Part shown: positions 27,013-38,910 of the stretch, piece after piece
Numbering within the stretch: position 1 is the first letter of the stretch
Layout: each line of letters starts with the position of its first letter
NCBI GenBank assembly: GCA_965215605.1
Contig: OZ244070.1
Coordinates: 2,880,001-2,944,000 of the forward strand
Reading direction: 5' to 3'
DNA from: an uncultured Candidatus Binatia bacterium
GTDB lineage: Bacteria; Desulfobacterota; Binatia; UBA9968; JAJDTQ01
DNA length: 64,000 nt
Notes under the pieces: model-generated
Seen by the model: the letters and a program-made list of their open reading frames with translations, nothing else
What the model was told of the DNA's origin: nothing
Databases searched by the model: none
Translations under genes and position numbers: made by a program

Positions 27013-27909
27013 GTGTGGGAGGTACCCGAGCCGCTTTCCACCCGTGACGTCCGCGTGGACGATGACACCGTCATCGTCCTGCGGCGTCACGGCAACCCCG
27101 CCGGTCCGCGCCTGGTCCTGAGCCACGGCAACGGTCTGGCCATCGACCTCTACTACCCTTTCTGGTCGCTGTTGGCCGATGATTTCGACTTGGTCGTCTA
27201 TGACCTCAGAAATCACGGCTGGAATGCTGTCGGCAAGTCGCAGAGTCACAACGTTGCGAGATTCGTCAGTGACCACGACCGGATTCTCCGGGCCATCGAC
27301 CACCACTACGGAAACAAACCCAAGATCGGGGTGTTCCATTCCGTCGCCGCCTTGGCCACACTCCTGTCGGCCAACCTGGGCAGCGAGTTCGCGGCCCGCG
27401 TTCTGTTCGATCCGCCCGTGTGCAAGCGCGGGCTGAACTACGCGGAATTCGATGCCGCCGCCGACCGCGTGGCGGGCATGGCCCGCCACCGCACACCCCG
27501 GTTCGAGAGCGTGCAACAGTTTGCCGAGATCCTGCCCTATCTGCCGGTATATCAACGGGCCGTTCCCGGCGTGTTCGATCTCGTCGCGCGGACGACCCTC
27601 CGCGAGTCGGTGGACGGGAACGGATACGAGCTCCGGTGTCCGCGTGATTACGAGGCACAGATCATCCAATACGCCGCGCCGTTCGCGGTGATGGTGGAAC
27701 TCGACAAGCTCCGTTGCCCGACCAAGGTCATCGGCGCCGATCCCACTCTGCCGCTTTCCTACCTGCCGACGCTGGACCTGAGTCATATCCTGACCGTGGA
27801 CTACGATTTCGTGCCCGAAACGACGCATTTTCTGCAGCTCGAAGAACCGGAGAGTTGCGTCGAGATCATGCGTGAGTTCCTGGACCGGCATGGCCTCTTG
27901 AATTCCTGA
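27013..27909 (+). CDS. Alpha/beta hydrolase (sup-associated, SupD/E-like)
   Basis: SHGNG oxyanion motif, YDLRNHG, nucleophile elbow FHSVAA and C-terminal THFLQLE. Confidence 0.82.
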   Translation: MWEVPEPLSTRDVRVDDDTVIVLRRHGNPAGPRLVLSHGNGLAIDLYYPFWSLLADDFDLVVYDLRNHGWNAVGKSQSHNVARFVSDHDRILRAIDHHYGNKPKIGVFHSVAALATLLSANLGSEFAARVLFDPPVCKRGLNYAEFDAAADRVAGMARHRTPRFESVQQFAEILPYLPVYQRAVPGVFDLVARTTLRESVDGNGYELRCPRDYEAQIIQYAAPFAVMVELDKLRCPTKVIGADPTLPLSYLPTLDLSHILTVDYDFVPETTHFLQLEEPESCVEIMREFLDRHGLLNS

Positions 27910-27938
27910 CGATTGCCCTGCATGTTTCACCCGTGGTG

Positions 27939-28538
<600 letters not shown>

Positions 28539-28583
28539 CGCGGAGGCGGCCGGAGCGCCGGAAGGGCAGGGGACGGCGGCGGG

Positions 28584-29708
28584 TCAGCCGAAGCGCGCGG
28601 GCGAGAAGTTGGGGTCCCCGTCCGCGCCGAACAGCACCCGGGCGGCCAGCGAGCCCACCGCGGCGCTGGTGGTGACGCCGTGCCCGCCGAGCCCGGCGAC
28701 CCAGAAGAAGCCCTCGATCCCGGGGTCCCAACCGATGACGAAGCGGTTGTCGTCCGTGAACGTCCGGAGCCCGGCCCAGTAGCGCCCGATGGGAACGTCG
28801 GGGAAGTCGGGGTAGGCCGCGGCAAGTCTCTCCGCCAGAAGCTCCAGGGCCTCGGGGCGGGTCGGAGGGTCGCCGGGCGCCACCTCGTCCTCGTCGCACG
28901 GGCACAGCATCAGTCCGCCGGAGCTCGGCTGGAAGTAGACCTCGTCGGAGACGTTGAGGACGAAGGGCCAGTCGGGCTTGACCCAGTCCAGCGGCGGGGT
29001 CACGAACAGGTGCCGCCGGCGCGGGTGAAGCGCGATGGGCACGGCGCCGGCCATGACGCCCACGGGTCCGGCCCAGGGTCCGGCCGCGTTGACCACCACG
29101 TCCGCCTCGACGAAACCCTGATCCGTGGCGACCCCCTGCACGCGCCCCTCGCCGGCCCGCACTTCCGTCACCGTCGCGCCGTAGCGAATCACCGCGCCGC
29201 CGCTCTGAGCCGTCTTGAGATAGCCCGACAAGAGCGCGGCGATGTCGATGACGCCGTCCGAAGCGCACCACACCGCCCCGTCCACGACGGCGCCCTCGAT
29301 GAGCGGCATGGTCGCCACGGTCTTCTCGGGAGACCAGCACTCCACCTTGAGGCCGCGCTCGCGCGCCAGCTCGGCGTCGCGGCACACGGCTTCCCACTGT
29401 TGGCCGCGTGCGACGATCAGGGAGCCGATGGTGTTGTAGGAAACCGGGACCGGCCAGCCCGGCGGGGGGTTGCGGATGAATTCGGCCGACCGCGCGGCCA
29501 AGTCCCCCACCGAGGGCTCGGACAGGACTTGGCGTATGAACCCCGCGTTCCGGCCGGAGGAGTGGAAGCCGGGCACCGCCTCCTGCTCCAGGATCACGAC
29601 TTGCCGGGCGCCCTGGAATGCCAAGTGACACGCCGTCGCGGCTCCCGCGAACCCGGCGCCTATGATGACGTACCGTGCATCCTCGGGCCGCGCGTGAGCG
29701 TCCACCAA
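28584..29708 (-). CDS. FAD-dependent oxidoreductase (DAO/sarcosine oxidase family)
   Basis: IIGAGFAG, HSSGRNAG, NAAGPWA, WAGLR and GLGGHGVT. Confidence 0.9.
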   Translation of the reverse strand: MVDAHARPEDARYVIIGAGFAGAATACHLAFQGARQVVILEQEAVPGFHSSGRNAGFIRQVLSEPSVGDLAARSAEFIRNPPPGWPVPVSYNTIGSLIVARGQQWEAVCRDAELARERGLKVECWSPEKTVATMPLIEGAVVDGAVWCASDGVIDIAALLSGYLKTAQSGGAVIRYGATVTEVRAGEGRVQGVATDQGFVEADVVVNAAGPWAGPVGVMAGAVPIALHPRRRHLFVTPPLDWVKPDWPFVLNVSDEVYFQPSSGGLMLCPCDEDEVAPGDPPTRPEALELLAERLAAAYPDFPDVPIGRYWAGLRTFTDDNRFVIGWDPGIEGFFWVAGLGGHGVTTSAAVGSLAARVLFGADGDPNFSPARFG

Positions 29709-29710
29709 CC

Positions 29711-30744
<1,034 letters not shown>

Positions 30745-30748
<4 letters not shown>

Positions 30749-31791
30749 GGCGTGTCCCGACCGGCGGCAGGGACCTTGAAATCCCGTACCACCTGACCGG
30801 ATCGGCCGGCTGGCGGAAGCTCCTCGCCGTTCAACGAGAGTCGAACCCCCCCGGCGTTGCCGAAGGTGATGACGAAGCCGGTTTGCGCCGCCAGTGTCCT
30901 GCTCTCGCCGGGCGCCAGCAGCATGTCTTTCGGCCGTTGGTCATCGACCCAGACCCGCAGCCACGCCTTCTGGTCGGCGGCGATGGTCAGGGTGTGGTTC
31001 CCCGAAACGTCGGCCTCGGGCGCGGCCGGCGTGGTTGCCGTGGCCGCCACGGGTGTTTCCGGTGTGCCGGAGCCGCCCGGAAGCGGTTGCCGGGCGGCGC
31101 CCGTTCCCGCCGTCGCCTCGGGGGGCGACAGAGGCGCCTGCGTACCGGCCGGGGGAGAAGCTTCCTCCGGCGACCCGGGGGCCGCGGCGGCGGTCACGGG
31201 AGCGGCGGGTTCTCCGGTCCCGGCCGGCGATTGGGCGTCGGGCGCCGCCAGCCGGGTTTCCGGGGGAGCGGTTTCGTCGGCTTCGGGCTGCAGCACCGAA
31301 CTGTTGGCGTCGTCCGGCGCGGGTTCCGTGACGGCGACATTGGGCGCCGGCGCAACGGCCTCTTCCGCCGGAGGGGCGGGATTGGCCGTCGATACGACCG
31401 CCGGCTGCTCCAAGGCGGACCGTTGGAAGTCGGTGAGCCCGGGTACCAGCAGGTAGACGCCCGCGCCGGCTGCCGCCAGGGCCGCGGCGCCGGCCAGGAC
31501 GATGGCGCCCCGCGAGCGACGGCGAGCGGGCGCCGGCGCCACGGCGGCTTCCACGCGGCGGTTCTCACGGACAAACTGCGCCGCAAGAGTCTCGACCTCC
31601 ACCTCAAGATAGGCGGCATAGCCGCGCAGAAAGTGGACCATGTAGAGACGATCGGAAACCAGACGATCATCGCCGCCGCCTTCGAGGATTTCGAGGTAGT
31701 AGCGCGGGATGCGCGTCGCCTCTTCCACCTGCCCCAGCGTAAGCCCCTTCTCTTCCCGCGCTTCACGGATGTAATCGCCAGTTGCGCTCAC
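30745..31791 (-). CDS. rodZ: RodZ (HTH - TM - Pro/Ala linker - DUF4115)
   Basis: N-terminal HTH ([12 protein letters not shown]...FLRGYAAYL), one TM helix and C-terminal [12 protein letters not shown]. Confidence 0.88.
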
Positions 31792-31890
31792 CGGTCCCGG
31801 AATCCCTTTCGTGGTTTGTGGTGAATGGATGTGCTTCCAGCCAGATATATAAAAGTTTTCCCATGGAGACTAGTGTTACGTTCCGCAACA

Positions 31891-32880
31891 CTAGTTCGCG
31901 CCCTCGTATATGGGCGCACCCGGATAGAAAGCGGCGAAGCGTTCGTTCAGGATCGGGTTGTAGAGAAGCTGCCGGAGCTTCCGTCCCTTGAGCTCACCCC
32001 CCACGGCTTCCCCGCGCAGCCACGACCACAGGCTTCCGGTCTCGTTGTCGCGCAGCAGCACGTTGCCGTCGGCGTCCTTGCGTTCCGACCGCGTGAACGT
32101 CAACACCCGTCCGTCGAGCTCCCGGCGCCAGGCAGTGCCCGTGGCGTCGCCTGGCGAGTAGTACACCACCACCTTCGCCCCGTTGAACTCGTCGTTGACC
32201 AGGTTCTTTCGTGCCAGCATCCCGTAGGGGTAAAGCTTGGCCTTGAGTTTCACCACCACCGCAAGTCCGAGGATGTCGCTCTGGAAGGGGCCGACGTAGG
32301 TCCCCATGAACCCGCCCCGGCGGTAGCCGGGCAGCACACGGGTGTCGGGATAGCTCTTCTTCCAGTTGGCCCAGGACGTCACCGTGGACGGCATGAAGTC
32401 CAGCCGCTTGCCCTTGAGGGGTCCGTGCGCCGCCTCGCCCGTGACGTGGACCCACAGCGATTCCGTCTGCCGGTCGTACATGATGAACGATTGTTCGTAG
32501 AGAATGCCCGCGTGCCCGAAGCTCAGCACCTTGTCGTCGAGTTTGCGTCTATACACGATAGACGTCTGGCACAGGGGTCACCAGGAGACCGCGATGGGCA
32601 CCCCTCCGATGGTGTCGTTGCCGAGTTCGTGGACGCCCATGATGGTGATGGGGTACGCCTTGGCCTCGCCGTTGTGGGCCACGCCGATGATCACGTCCCG
32701 GTCGAAGATGACCTGCTGCTTTTCCGCTTCCGCGGCGCTCAGCATCTGGGGGTCGTCGAAGACCGGAAATGCGTCCCGGGGCACGGCCTGGTAGCCGATG
32801 GGCGGTCCCGCGGCCGTCGCCGCCGCCACAGTGGTCAGCATGATGACGGCCAACCAGGCCGCCGCTGATTTTCGGAGCAT
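31891..32880 (-). CDS. Secreted DUF3179 selenoprotein (in-frame UGA read as Sec, W-U-P-L-C)
   Basis: ORFs 32578-32880 and 31891-32556 are one frame separated only by TGA at 32578-32580. AKAYP...HELGND...W*PLC...MYDRQTESLW matches DUF3179 with its CPLC motif. Confidence 0.85.
32546..32564 (-). promoter_or_regulatory. Bacterial SECIS-like stem-loop
   Basis: CGUCUAU-CGUGU-AUAGACG, a 7-bp perfect stem starting 13 nt after the UGA, with G in the loop. Confidence 0.7.
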
Positions 32881-32972
32881 GGGTTCACCTCGTTTCTGTC
32901 ATGTCAGGGCTCAACGACCACCGATCATCCTGCATCCATTATCTACCATTACCGCACCGGAGGCCACCGGGC

Positions 32973-33704
32973 TCACTTGCGGTGGAACCCCAGGGTCTCT
33001 CCGGTGATGTAGTCGCTGTCGCCGGAGGCGAAGAAGACGAACGCGGGGGCCACGGCCTCGGGCGGGACCGGACTCGGCCGGGCTCCGGGAATCCCTTCGC
33101 GCTCCCGGAACTCGGCGATGGCGTCGGTCATGCGCGTGTCCGCCACCGGCGAGATGCAATTGACCTGGATGTTGTGGGGCTTCATCTCGTTGGCGACGTT
33201 GAAGGTCAACGTGATGATGCCGCCCTTGGCGCTGGCGTAGTCGGATACGCCGTTGGACGGCCGCAACGCGGCCGGCCCGATCAGGTTGATGATCTTGCCC
33301 GACCGTTGCCGCTTCATGATGGGCAGCACCGCCTGCATGCCGTTGAAGGTGCCCTTGAGATGGACCCGCATGGTCTCGTCCCACTGCTCCTCGGTGATGT
33401 CCTCGAACCGCTTGAGCGTGAGGATCCCCGCGTTGTTGACGAGCACGTCGATGCGGCCCCAACGTTCCTCCACTTCCCGCACCAACCGGTCCACGGCCGG
33501 CCGCCGGCCGACGTCCACCAGCCGCGCGATGCTTTCGGCGCCCAGGGCCGAGAGCTCGTCCTGGACCGAGTCGAGGGCGGCCCGATCCCGGACGCCGGCC
33601 ACGGCCAGGATGGCGCCCTCCCGGGCGAAGGCCAGCGCCACCGCCCGGCCGATGCCGCGGCTGGCGCCGGTGATGATGGCGACCTTTCCCTCAAGCCTGC
33701 CCAC
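32973..33704 (-). CDS. Short-chain dehydrogenase/reductase (FabG-like)
   Basis: TGASRGIG, NNAG and YASAK. Confidence 0.92.
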   Translation of the reverse strand: MGRLEGKVAIITGASRGIGRAVALAFAREGAILAVAGVRDRAALDSVQDELSALGAESIARLVDVGRRPAVDRLVREVEERWGRIDVLVNNAGILTLKRFEDITEEQWDETMRVHLKGTFNGMQAVLPIMKRQRSGKIINLIGPAALRPSNGVSDYASAKGGIITLTFNVANEMKPHNIQVNCISPVADTRMTDAIAEFREREGIPGARPSPVPPEAVAPAFVFFASGDSDYITGETLGFHRK

Positions 33705-35070
33705 GTGCCTCGCTCCCGGCCCGCGCCAGCTCGTTCACGGTCTCCGCCAGCCGCCGGCACAACTCCGGCAGGTCGTCGCTCTCCACGCTGCAGAAGGCGA
33801 TACGGAGCCCGTTCATGGCATCGCTCTCGAACGGCACGGTTCCGATGCCGTGTTCGTCGAGCAGGCGGTCGGCGACGTCCGATGCCCGGAGCCCCGACTC
33901 CGGCCGCAGGTTCACGAAGCAGAAGAAGCCGCCCTGAAACGGATCCACGGTAACGAGATCGGTATCGATCCTGCCGAGCTCGTCCTTCAGGGTCTGGTAC
34001 CGCCCTTTCAGGAGCTCGAAGGCCCGGCGCCGTTCGATCATCAGCCGTTCCATCTGCGCCATGGTCTTGGTGGCCACGGCCTGGGTCACCGTCGAGTTGC
34101 TGGAGAAGAGGCCCCGGTTGATGCCGCTGAACTTGTTGTCGAGCTCGGACGCCACGGCTTCGGCGTCGTCCGGGGAGAGCCACTCGTCGGGACGGGCGAG
34201 CGTGATGGTGCCCGCCCGTGCGCCGTACCAGAGCAGCTCCTTGGTCACGCCGTCCAGCTTCACCGGCAGAAGGTTCGGCCGCGGCCGGCACCGGTAGAAC
34301 AGCGACGACTGCACGGCGGCGGGATCGTAGACGTAGCTCTCGTAGGCGTCGTCGAACATCACCACCAGGCGCTTGGCGGTCCCTTCCACGAGATGCTCCA
34401 ACGATGCCACCAGCCGCCGCCCGGCGGCGGCGGACGGACAGAAGCCGGTGGGGTTGTTGGGGAAGTTGAGCAGCACCGCCGCGTTGTCCTGCTCGGACCA
34501 AACCCGTTGGATAGCCGAGACGAGCCCCGCCACGTTCAGGTCGCCGTCGTCGAGCAGCGGGAAATCGGTGATCCGGAGGCCGAGGTTGGCCGCGAGCACG
34601 TGGTCGTAGTTCTCCCAACGCCGGTCGGCCGTGATGATGGGCCGGCCGGGATCCACGAACATCCGCGCCGCAATGCTGATGGCCGCGGTGATCCCTGGCG
34701 TGAGGAACGGCTGATGCAGTTGTCGTTCGAGCCGCTCGGCCTCATCCCCCGCCCGCGCCAGGATCCACTTCCGCCATGCCGAACGGAAAGCGGGAGTGCC
34801 CGTTTCCGGCGTGTACGGAAAGATCTCCTCGGTGTCCAGATCCGGAAAGAAAGAGTGCACCAGGGGCGCGCAGAGCGTGATCTCGCGCTCTCCGCCGTCG
34901 GGGTAGACCGTTTTCTCCGGCCCTCGGGCGGACCCGATGGTGGCATTGATCCGGGCCTTGGCCTTGGCCTTGCGGGTCCAGTGCAGGATGCCCTGAGGGT
35001 TGTAGATCGTCTTTCCGAACGCGGAGAAGAACTCCAGGGCTCCGGTCCGGGACAGCGCGGGAAAATCCAT
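33691..35070 (-). CDS. PLP-dependent aminotransferase class I/II
   Basis: INATIG, NFPNNPTG, DDAY, GVTKE (PLP Lys) and LRIAF. Confidence 0.9.
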   Translation of the reverse strand: MDFPALSRTGALEFFSAFGKTIYNPQGILHWTRKAKAKARINATIGSARGPEKTVYPDGGEREITLCAPLVHSFFPDLDTEEIFPYTPETGTPAFRSAWRKWILARAGDEAERLERQLHQPFLTPGITAAISIAARMFVDPGRPIITADRRWENYDHVLAANLGLRITDFPLLDDGDLNVAGLVSAIQRVWSEQDNAAVLLNFPNNPTGFCPSAAAGRRLVASLEHLVEGTAKRLVVMFDDAYESYVYDPAAVQSSLFYRCRPRPNLLPVKLDGVTKELLWYGARAGTITLARPDEWLSPDDAEAVASELDNKFSGINRGLFSSNSTVTQAVATKTMAQMERLMIERRRAFELLKGRYQTLKDELGRIDTDLVTVDPFQGGFFCFVNLRPESGLRASDVADRLLDEHGIGTVPFESDAMNGLRIAFCSVESDDLPELCRRLAETVNELARAGSEARGQA

Positions 35071-35136
35071 CGGTTGCCTCGATTCTCAACAGCGCGGGAA
35101 AGACGCCGGGCCATCTCGCGTTGCCGTGTGACGCGG

Positions 35137-35940
35137 TTAGGCGAAGGCCCGGTCCAGGCGGGCCATGTCTTCAGCGGACAGACGCCAATCGGACGCGCCG
35201 CAGTTCTCGGCGGTCCGGGAGACGCTGTCGGACTTCGGGATGGCGATGACGTTGTCGTGGGAGATGCACCAGTTCAGCGCCACCTCGGCGGCTGTTTTCC
35301 GGGTCTGTCCGGCGATCTCCTGGAGCGCCTTCGTGCCCCGCGACGAGAACAGGCCGCCGCCGGTCACCAGCTTGCCGCTGTCCAGCGGCGTGTAGGCGAT
35401 GATGGTGACCGCGTTTGCCTGGCAGTAGGGGAGCAGGGTCCGCTCGATCTCGCGCCGCCGTAGGTTGTACAGCACCTGATTCGACACGATGGGGTGGTGG
35501 TCCAGGGCGGCCTGGGCTTCCGCCATCTCCTTGGTGGAGAAGTTGCTCACGCCGATGTAGCGGACCCGGCCCGAATCCACCAGGGTTTCCATGGCCCGCA
35601 TGGTTTCCTGGATGGGAGTGCTGGGGCTCGGCCAGTGAACCTGGTAGAGGTCGATGGTGTCCACATCCAGCCGCCGAAGGCTGGCGTCCGCGGCCCGGAG
35701 CACCTGGTCGTATCCCAGATGGTCGCCGGATACCTTGCTGGCGATGAACACCCGCTCGCGCATGCCCCGCACCGCTTCCCCCACCACGTCCTCGGTCCGG
35801 TACATCTCGGCCGTGTCGATGAGGTTGGCGCCCAATCCGATGCCGTGCCGGAGGGGCTCGACTCCGCCCCGGTACTGCCAGACTCCCAAGCCGATCTCGG
35901 GGACCTGGACGTCCGTGCCACCGAGTTGTTTCGTCTTCAT
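35137..35940 (-). CDS. Aldo/keto reductase
   Basis: IGLGVW, IDTAEMY, DLYQVHWP, IGVSNF and IPKS. Confidence 0.95.
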   Translation of the reverse strand: MKTKQLGGTDVQVPEIGLGVWQYRGGVEPLRHGIGLGANLIDTAEMYRTEDVVGEAVRGMRERVFIASKVSGDHLGYDQVLRAADASLRRLDVDTIDLYQVHWPSPSTPIQETMRAMETLVDSGRVRYIGVSNFSTKEMAEAQAALDHHPIVSNQVLYNLRRREIERTLLPYCQANAVTIIAYTPLDSGKLVTGGGLFSSRGTKALQEIAGQTRKTAAEVALNWCISHDNVIAIPKSDSVSRTAENCGASDWRLSAEDMARLDRAFA

Positions 35941-36054
35941 GAGGTGCCCGTCATGGAGTCCCGGAGGAATCGGTGTATTGGGTGGAACGGTACGCGTCGA
36001 TGCTGCACGGGAGGCGACGGACAGGTCGCGGAAGGGTGAGTGCGGGACCGGCCA

Positions 36055-36357
36055 CTAGGCGTTGGTGGTGGCGCTGTCGCCGGACGATGACTTCTCGGAG
36101 GTCTTGCTCTCCTTGGACTTGCCGGTGTCGGAGGTCTCCTTGCCTTCGTTGCCTTCTTTCTTGTCTCCGTTGGAACCCTTTCCCCGTCCGTAGTCGGTGA
36201 TGTACCAACCGGTGCCCTTGAGTTGGAAGGACGTGCTGGAGATGAGCTTCTGCACCTTGGCCCGGCAGGCCGGACACTTCTCCAGCGGATCCTCCGTGAT
36301 CCTCTGGGTCACCTCGAACACGCCGCATTTCGAACAGTTGTACTCGTAGATGGGCAT
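36055..36357 (-). CDS. FmdB-family zinc ribbon protein
   Basis: [12 protein letters not shown]...CPAC...[11 protein letters not shown] with a low-complexity K/S/E tail. Confidence 0.9.
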   Translation of the reverse strand: MPIYEYNCSKCGVFEVTQRITEDPLEKCPACRAKVQKLISSTSFQLKGTGWYITDYGRGKGSNGDKKEGNEGKETSDTGKSKESKTSEKSSSGDSATTNA

Positions 36358-36547
36358 ACGCTGGCCTCGCGCGGATAGGGGTGGGTTATCGGAAACATAA
36401 ACACTGCCCGGCCCGTTGTCAAACACGGTTGCCGGGGGCGGATGCAGCCGCCAGGCCGTGTCCGGGGCCGGCTTGACCTTCGACCGGGCGCGGGCTTATG
36501 TTACGAGCCATCTCTCAGCCCGACCGACGCCAGACAAGGAGGAAGGA

Positions 36548-37717
36548 ATGGACTTCGAGCTTCCCGAAGAGATCAAGATCATCAAGAAGACCATGCGCGA
36601 TTTCGTGGAGCGGGAGCTGATCCCGCTGGAGCGGGAGTTTCGCCCGGAGGGCGAGGAGATGCCCGAGGAGCTCTACAAGCCGCTCCAGGAAAAGGCCCGG
36701 GCCCTGGGTTTCTGGATGCTGGACGTGCCCGAGGAGTACGGCGGCGCCGGGCTCGACCTGCTGACGCGCTGCGTGATCCAGGAGGAAGTGTCCCGGACCA
36801 TCTCCATCCCCTTCCGCAACAATCCGATCTTCGGCCCGGAGGCGCGCGGCATCCTGTTCGAGCTCAACGACGAGCAGAAGGAGCGCTACCTCTACCCGGT
36901 GCTCCGGGGCGAGAAGACCGCCTGCTTCGCCCAGACCGAGCCCGACGCCGGCGGCGACCCTGCGGGCATGAAGACCCGGGCGGTGCTGGACGGCGACCAT
37001 TGGGTGTTGAACGGCACCAAGCGGTTCATCAGCAACGCGGGCTTCTCCGACTTCGCCCAAGTCATGGCGGTGACCGACCCGGAGAAACGCGCCCGGGGCG
37101 GCATCTCCACCTTTCTCGTGGACATGGATACCCCCGGCGTCACCATCGAGCGGCGCTGGCCCACGATGATGGGCGACGCCCCGTTCCAGATTCTCTTCGA
37201 GAACGCCCGGATACCGGCGTCCAACCTCGTGGGCGAGGCGGGGCAGGGCTTCCGGCTGGCCCAGGGCTGGCTCCAGGAGGGGCGCGTCAAGGGCCACGGC
37301 GCCCGCTGCATCGGCATCGCCGAGCGCGCCCTGGACATGATGATGGACTACTGCCAGATCCGCACCACCTTCGGCCAGCCGCTGTCGGAACGGCAGGCGG
37401 TCCAGTTCATGGTCGCCGACTCGGTCATGGAACTGCACATGGCCCGCAACCTGGTCTACGAATGCGCCTGGCGCCACGACCGCGGTGAGGACGTCCGCAA
37501 CCTGGCCTACATGGTCAAGTGTACGTGCACGGAGATGGCCAGCCGGGTGGTGGACCGCTCCATCCAGGTCCACGGCGGCATCGGCCTCACCAAGGAACTG
37601 CCGCTGGAGTGGTGGTACCGCCAGTTGCGCAGCATCCGCATCACCGAAGGCGCCACCGAGGTGTTGCGCTGGCGCATGGCCCAGAACCTGCTGCGCGCCC
37701 GCGCCAAGGGCCAATGA
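36548..37717 (+). CDS. Acyl-CoA dehydrogenase
   Basis: PEEYGGAG, FAQTEPDAGGD, NGTKRFIS, TFGQPL, QVHGGIG and ITEGATEV. Confidence 0.95.
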   Translation: MDFELPEEIKIIKKTMRDFVERELIPLEREFRPEGEEMPEELYKPLQEKARALGFWMLDVPEEYGGAGLDLLTRCVIQEEVSRTISIPFRNNPIFGPEARGILFELNDEQKERYLYPVLRGEKTACFAQTEPDAGGDPAGMKTRAVLDGDHWVLNGTKRFISNAGFSDFAQVMAVTDPEKRARGGISTFLVDMDTPGVTIERRWPTMMGDAPFQILFENARIPASNLVGEAGQGFRLAQGWLQEGRVKGHGARCIGIAERALDMMMDYCQIRTTFGQPLSERQAVQFMVADSVMELHMARNLVYECAWRHDRGEDVRNLAYMVKCTCTEMASRVVDRSIQVHGGIGLTKELPLEWWYRQLRSIRITEGATEVLRWRMAQNLLRARAKGQ

Positions 37718-38910
37718 GCGGAGAGTCGCTGCTTTCCGGATTCCGGGTGCTGGACCTCGGCACCGCCATGGGCGCCTTCTGCGGCAAGGTGCTGGCGGAT
37801 CTCGGCATGGACGTGGTGAAGGTCGAGCCGCCGTCGGGGGATGACCTCCGCACCGAGCCGCCCTTTGCCAAGGGACACAGCAACCGGGAGGGCAGCCTCC
37901 GGTTCGCCTACTTCAACTCCGGCAAGCGCGGCATCACCCTGGACCTGTCCCGGGAAACCGGGCGCCGCATCCTGCTGGACCTCGTGGAACAGGCAGACGT
38001 GGTCATCGACAGCCACGAGCCCGGCTACCTGGACGACCTGGGGATCGGCTACGGCGAGATGGTGGCGCGCCGCCCCAGGCTGGTGCTGGTCTCCATCTCC
38101 GCCTTCGGGCAGGACGGCCCCTACCGCGACTACCGGGCGCCGGACCTGGTGGCCAACGCCATGGGCGGGCTGCTCTTCATCAGCGGCGACCCCAGCATGA
38201 CGCCGTGCGTGCCTCCCGGCGGCCAGTCCTACGTCTACACCAGTCTCTATTCCGCCCTGGGAACCCTGCTGGCCCTCTGGCAGCGGGAGACCAAGGGCTT
38301 GGGCGCGCATATCGATGCCTCGGTGCAGGCCAGCATGGCGCTCCACGAGCACGTGGCCTTCACCTGGTCGTCGGAGGGGCGTCTCATGAAGCGCGCCGGC
38401 AGCCAGCACCAGCACGTGGCCCCCGCCAACCTGTTCCCGTGCAAGGACGGCTGGATCTCGTTCTTCGCCACCCAGCGGCACTGGCCCATCTTTCTCGACA
38501 TGTGGGAAGGGCATCCGACGGAGCTGGACGACCCGGAGCTACTGGTCAACCTGAACCGGCGCGCGGCCGCGGACTGGCTGAACCCCATGGTGGCGTCGTT
38601 CACCTCCCGGTACGGCAAGGAGGAGCTGTCCGTGCTGCTCCAGAAGCACGGCCTTCCGGCGCTCCCGGTGAACTCGCCGCGGGACTTCATGGAGGACCCG
38701 CACATCGTGGAGCGGGGTTTCTTCGGCACGGTGTCGCACCCGGTGCTGGGCTCCTTCTCCCAGCCTGGGGTGCCGTTCCTGCTGGACGGCGAGCGCCGCG
38801 GGCCACGGCCCGCGCCCATGCTGGGCCAGCACAACGCGGAGGTTCTTGGCGGCGACCTCGGGTTGAGCGAGGAGGACATGGGGGTGCTGGCCGCGGAGGG
38901 GGTCATCTGA
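37714..38910 (+). CDS. Family III CoA-transferase, BbsE-like subunit without the catalytic Asp
   Basis: GFRVLDL, KVEPPSGD and NSGKRGITLDL; PGGQSY at the position where Asp is expected. Confidence 0.88.
   Translation: MSGESLLSGFRVLDLGTAMGAFCGKVLADLGMDVVKVEPPSGDDLRTEPPFAKGHSNREGSLRFAYFNSGKRGITLDLSRETGRRILLDLVEQADVVIDSHEPGYLDDLGIGYGEMVARRPRLVLVSISAFGQDGPYRDYRAPDLVANAMGGLLFISGDPSMTPCVPPGGQSYVYTSLYSALGTLLALWQRETKGLGAHIDASVQASMALHEHVAFTWSSEGRLMKRAGSQHQHVAPANLFPCKDGWISFFATQRHWPIFLDMWEGHPTELDDPELLVNLNRRAAADWLNPMVASFTSRYGKEELSVLLQKHGLPALPVNSPRDFMEDPHIVERGFFGTVSHPVLGSFSQPGVPFLLDGERRGPRPAPMLGQHNAEVLGGDLGLSEEDMGVLAAEGVI

Noticed and set aside
32578-32580. Nonsense mutation making DUF3179 a pseudogene
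   Set aside because: The TGA sits at the conserved Cys position and is followed by a SECIS-like hairpin, so Sec recoding is more likely.
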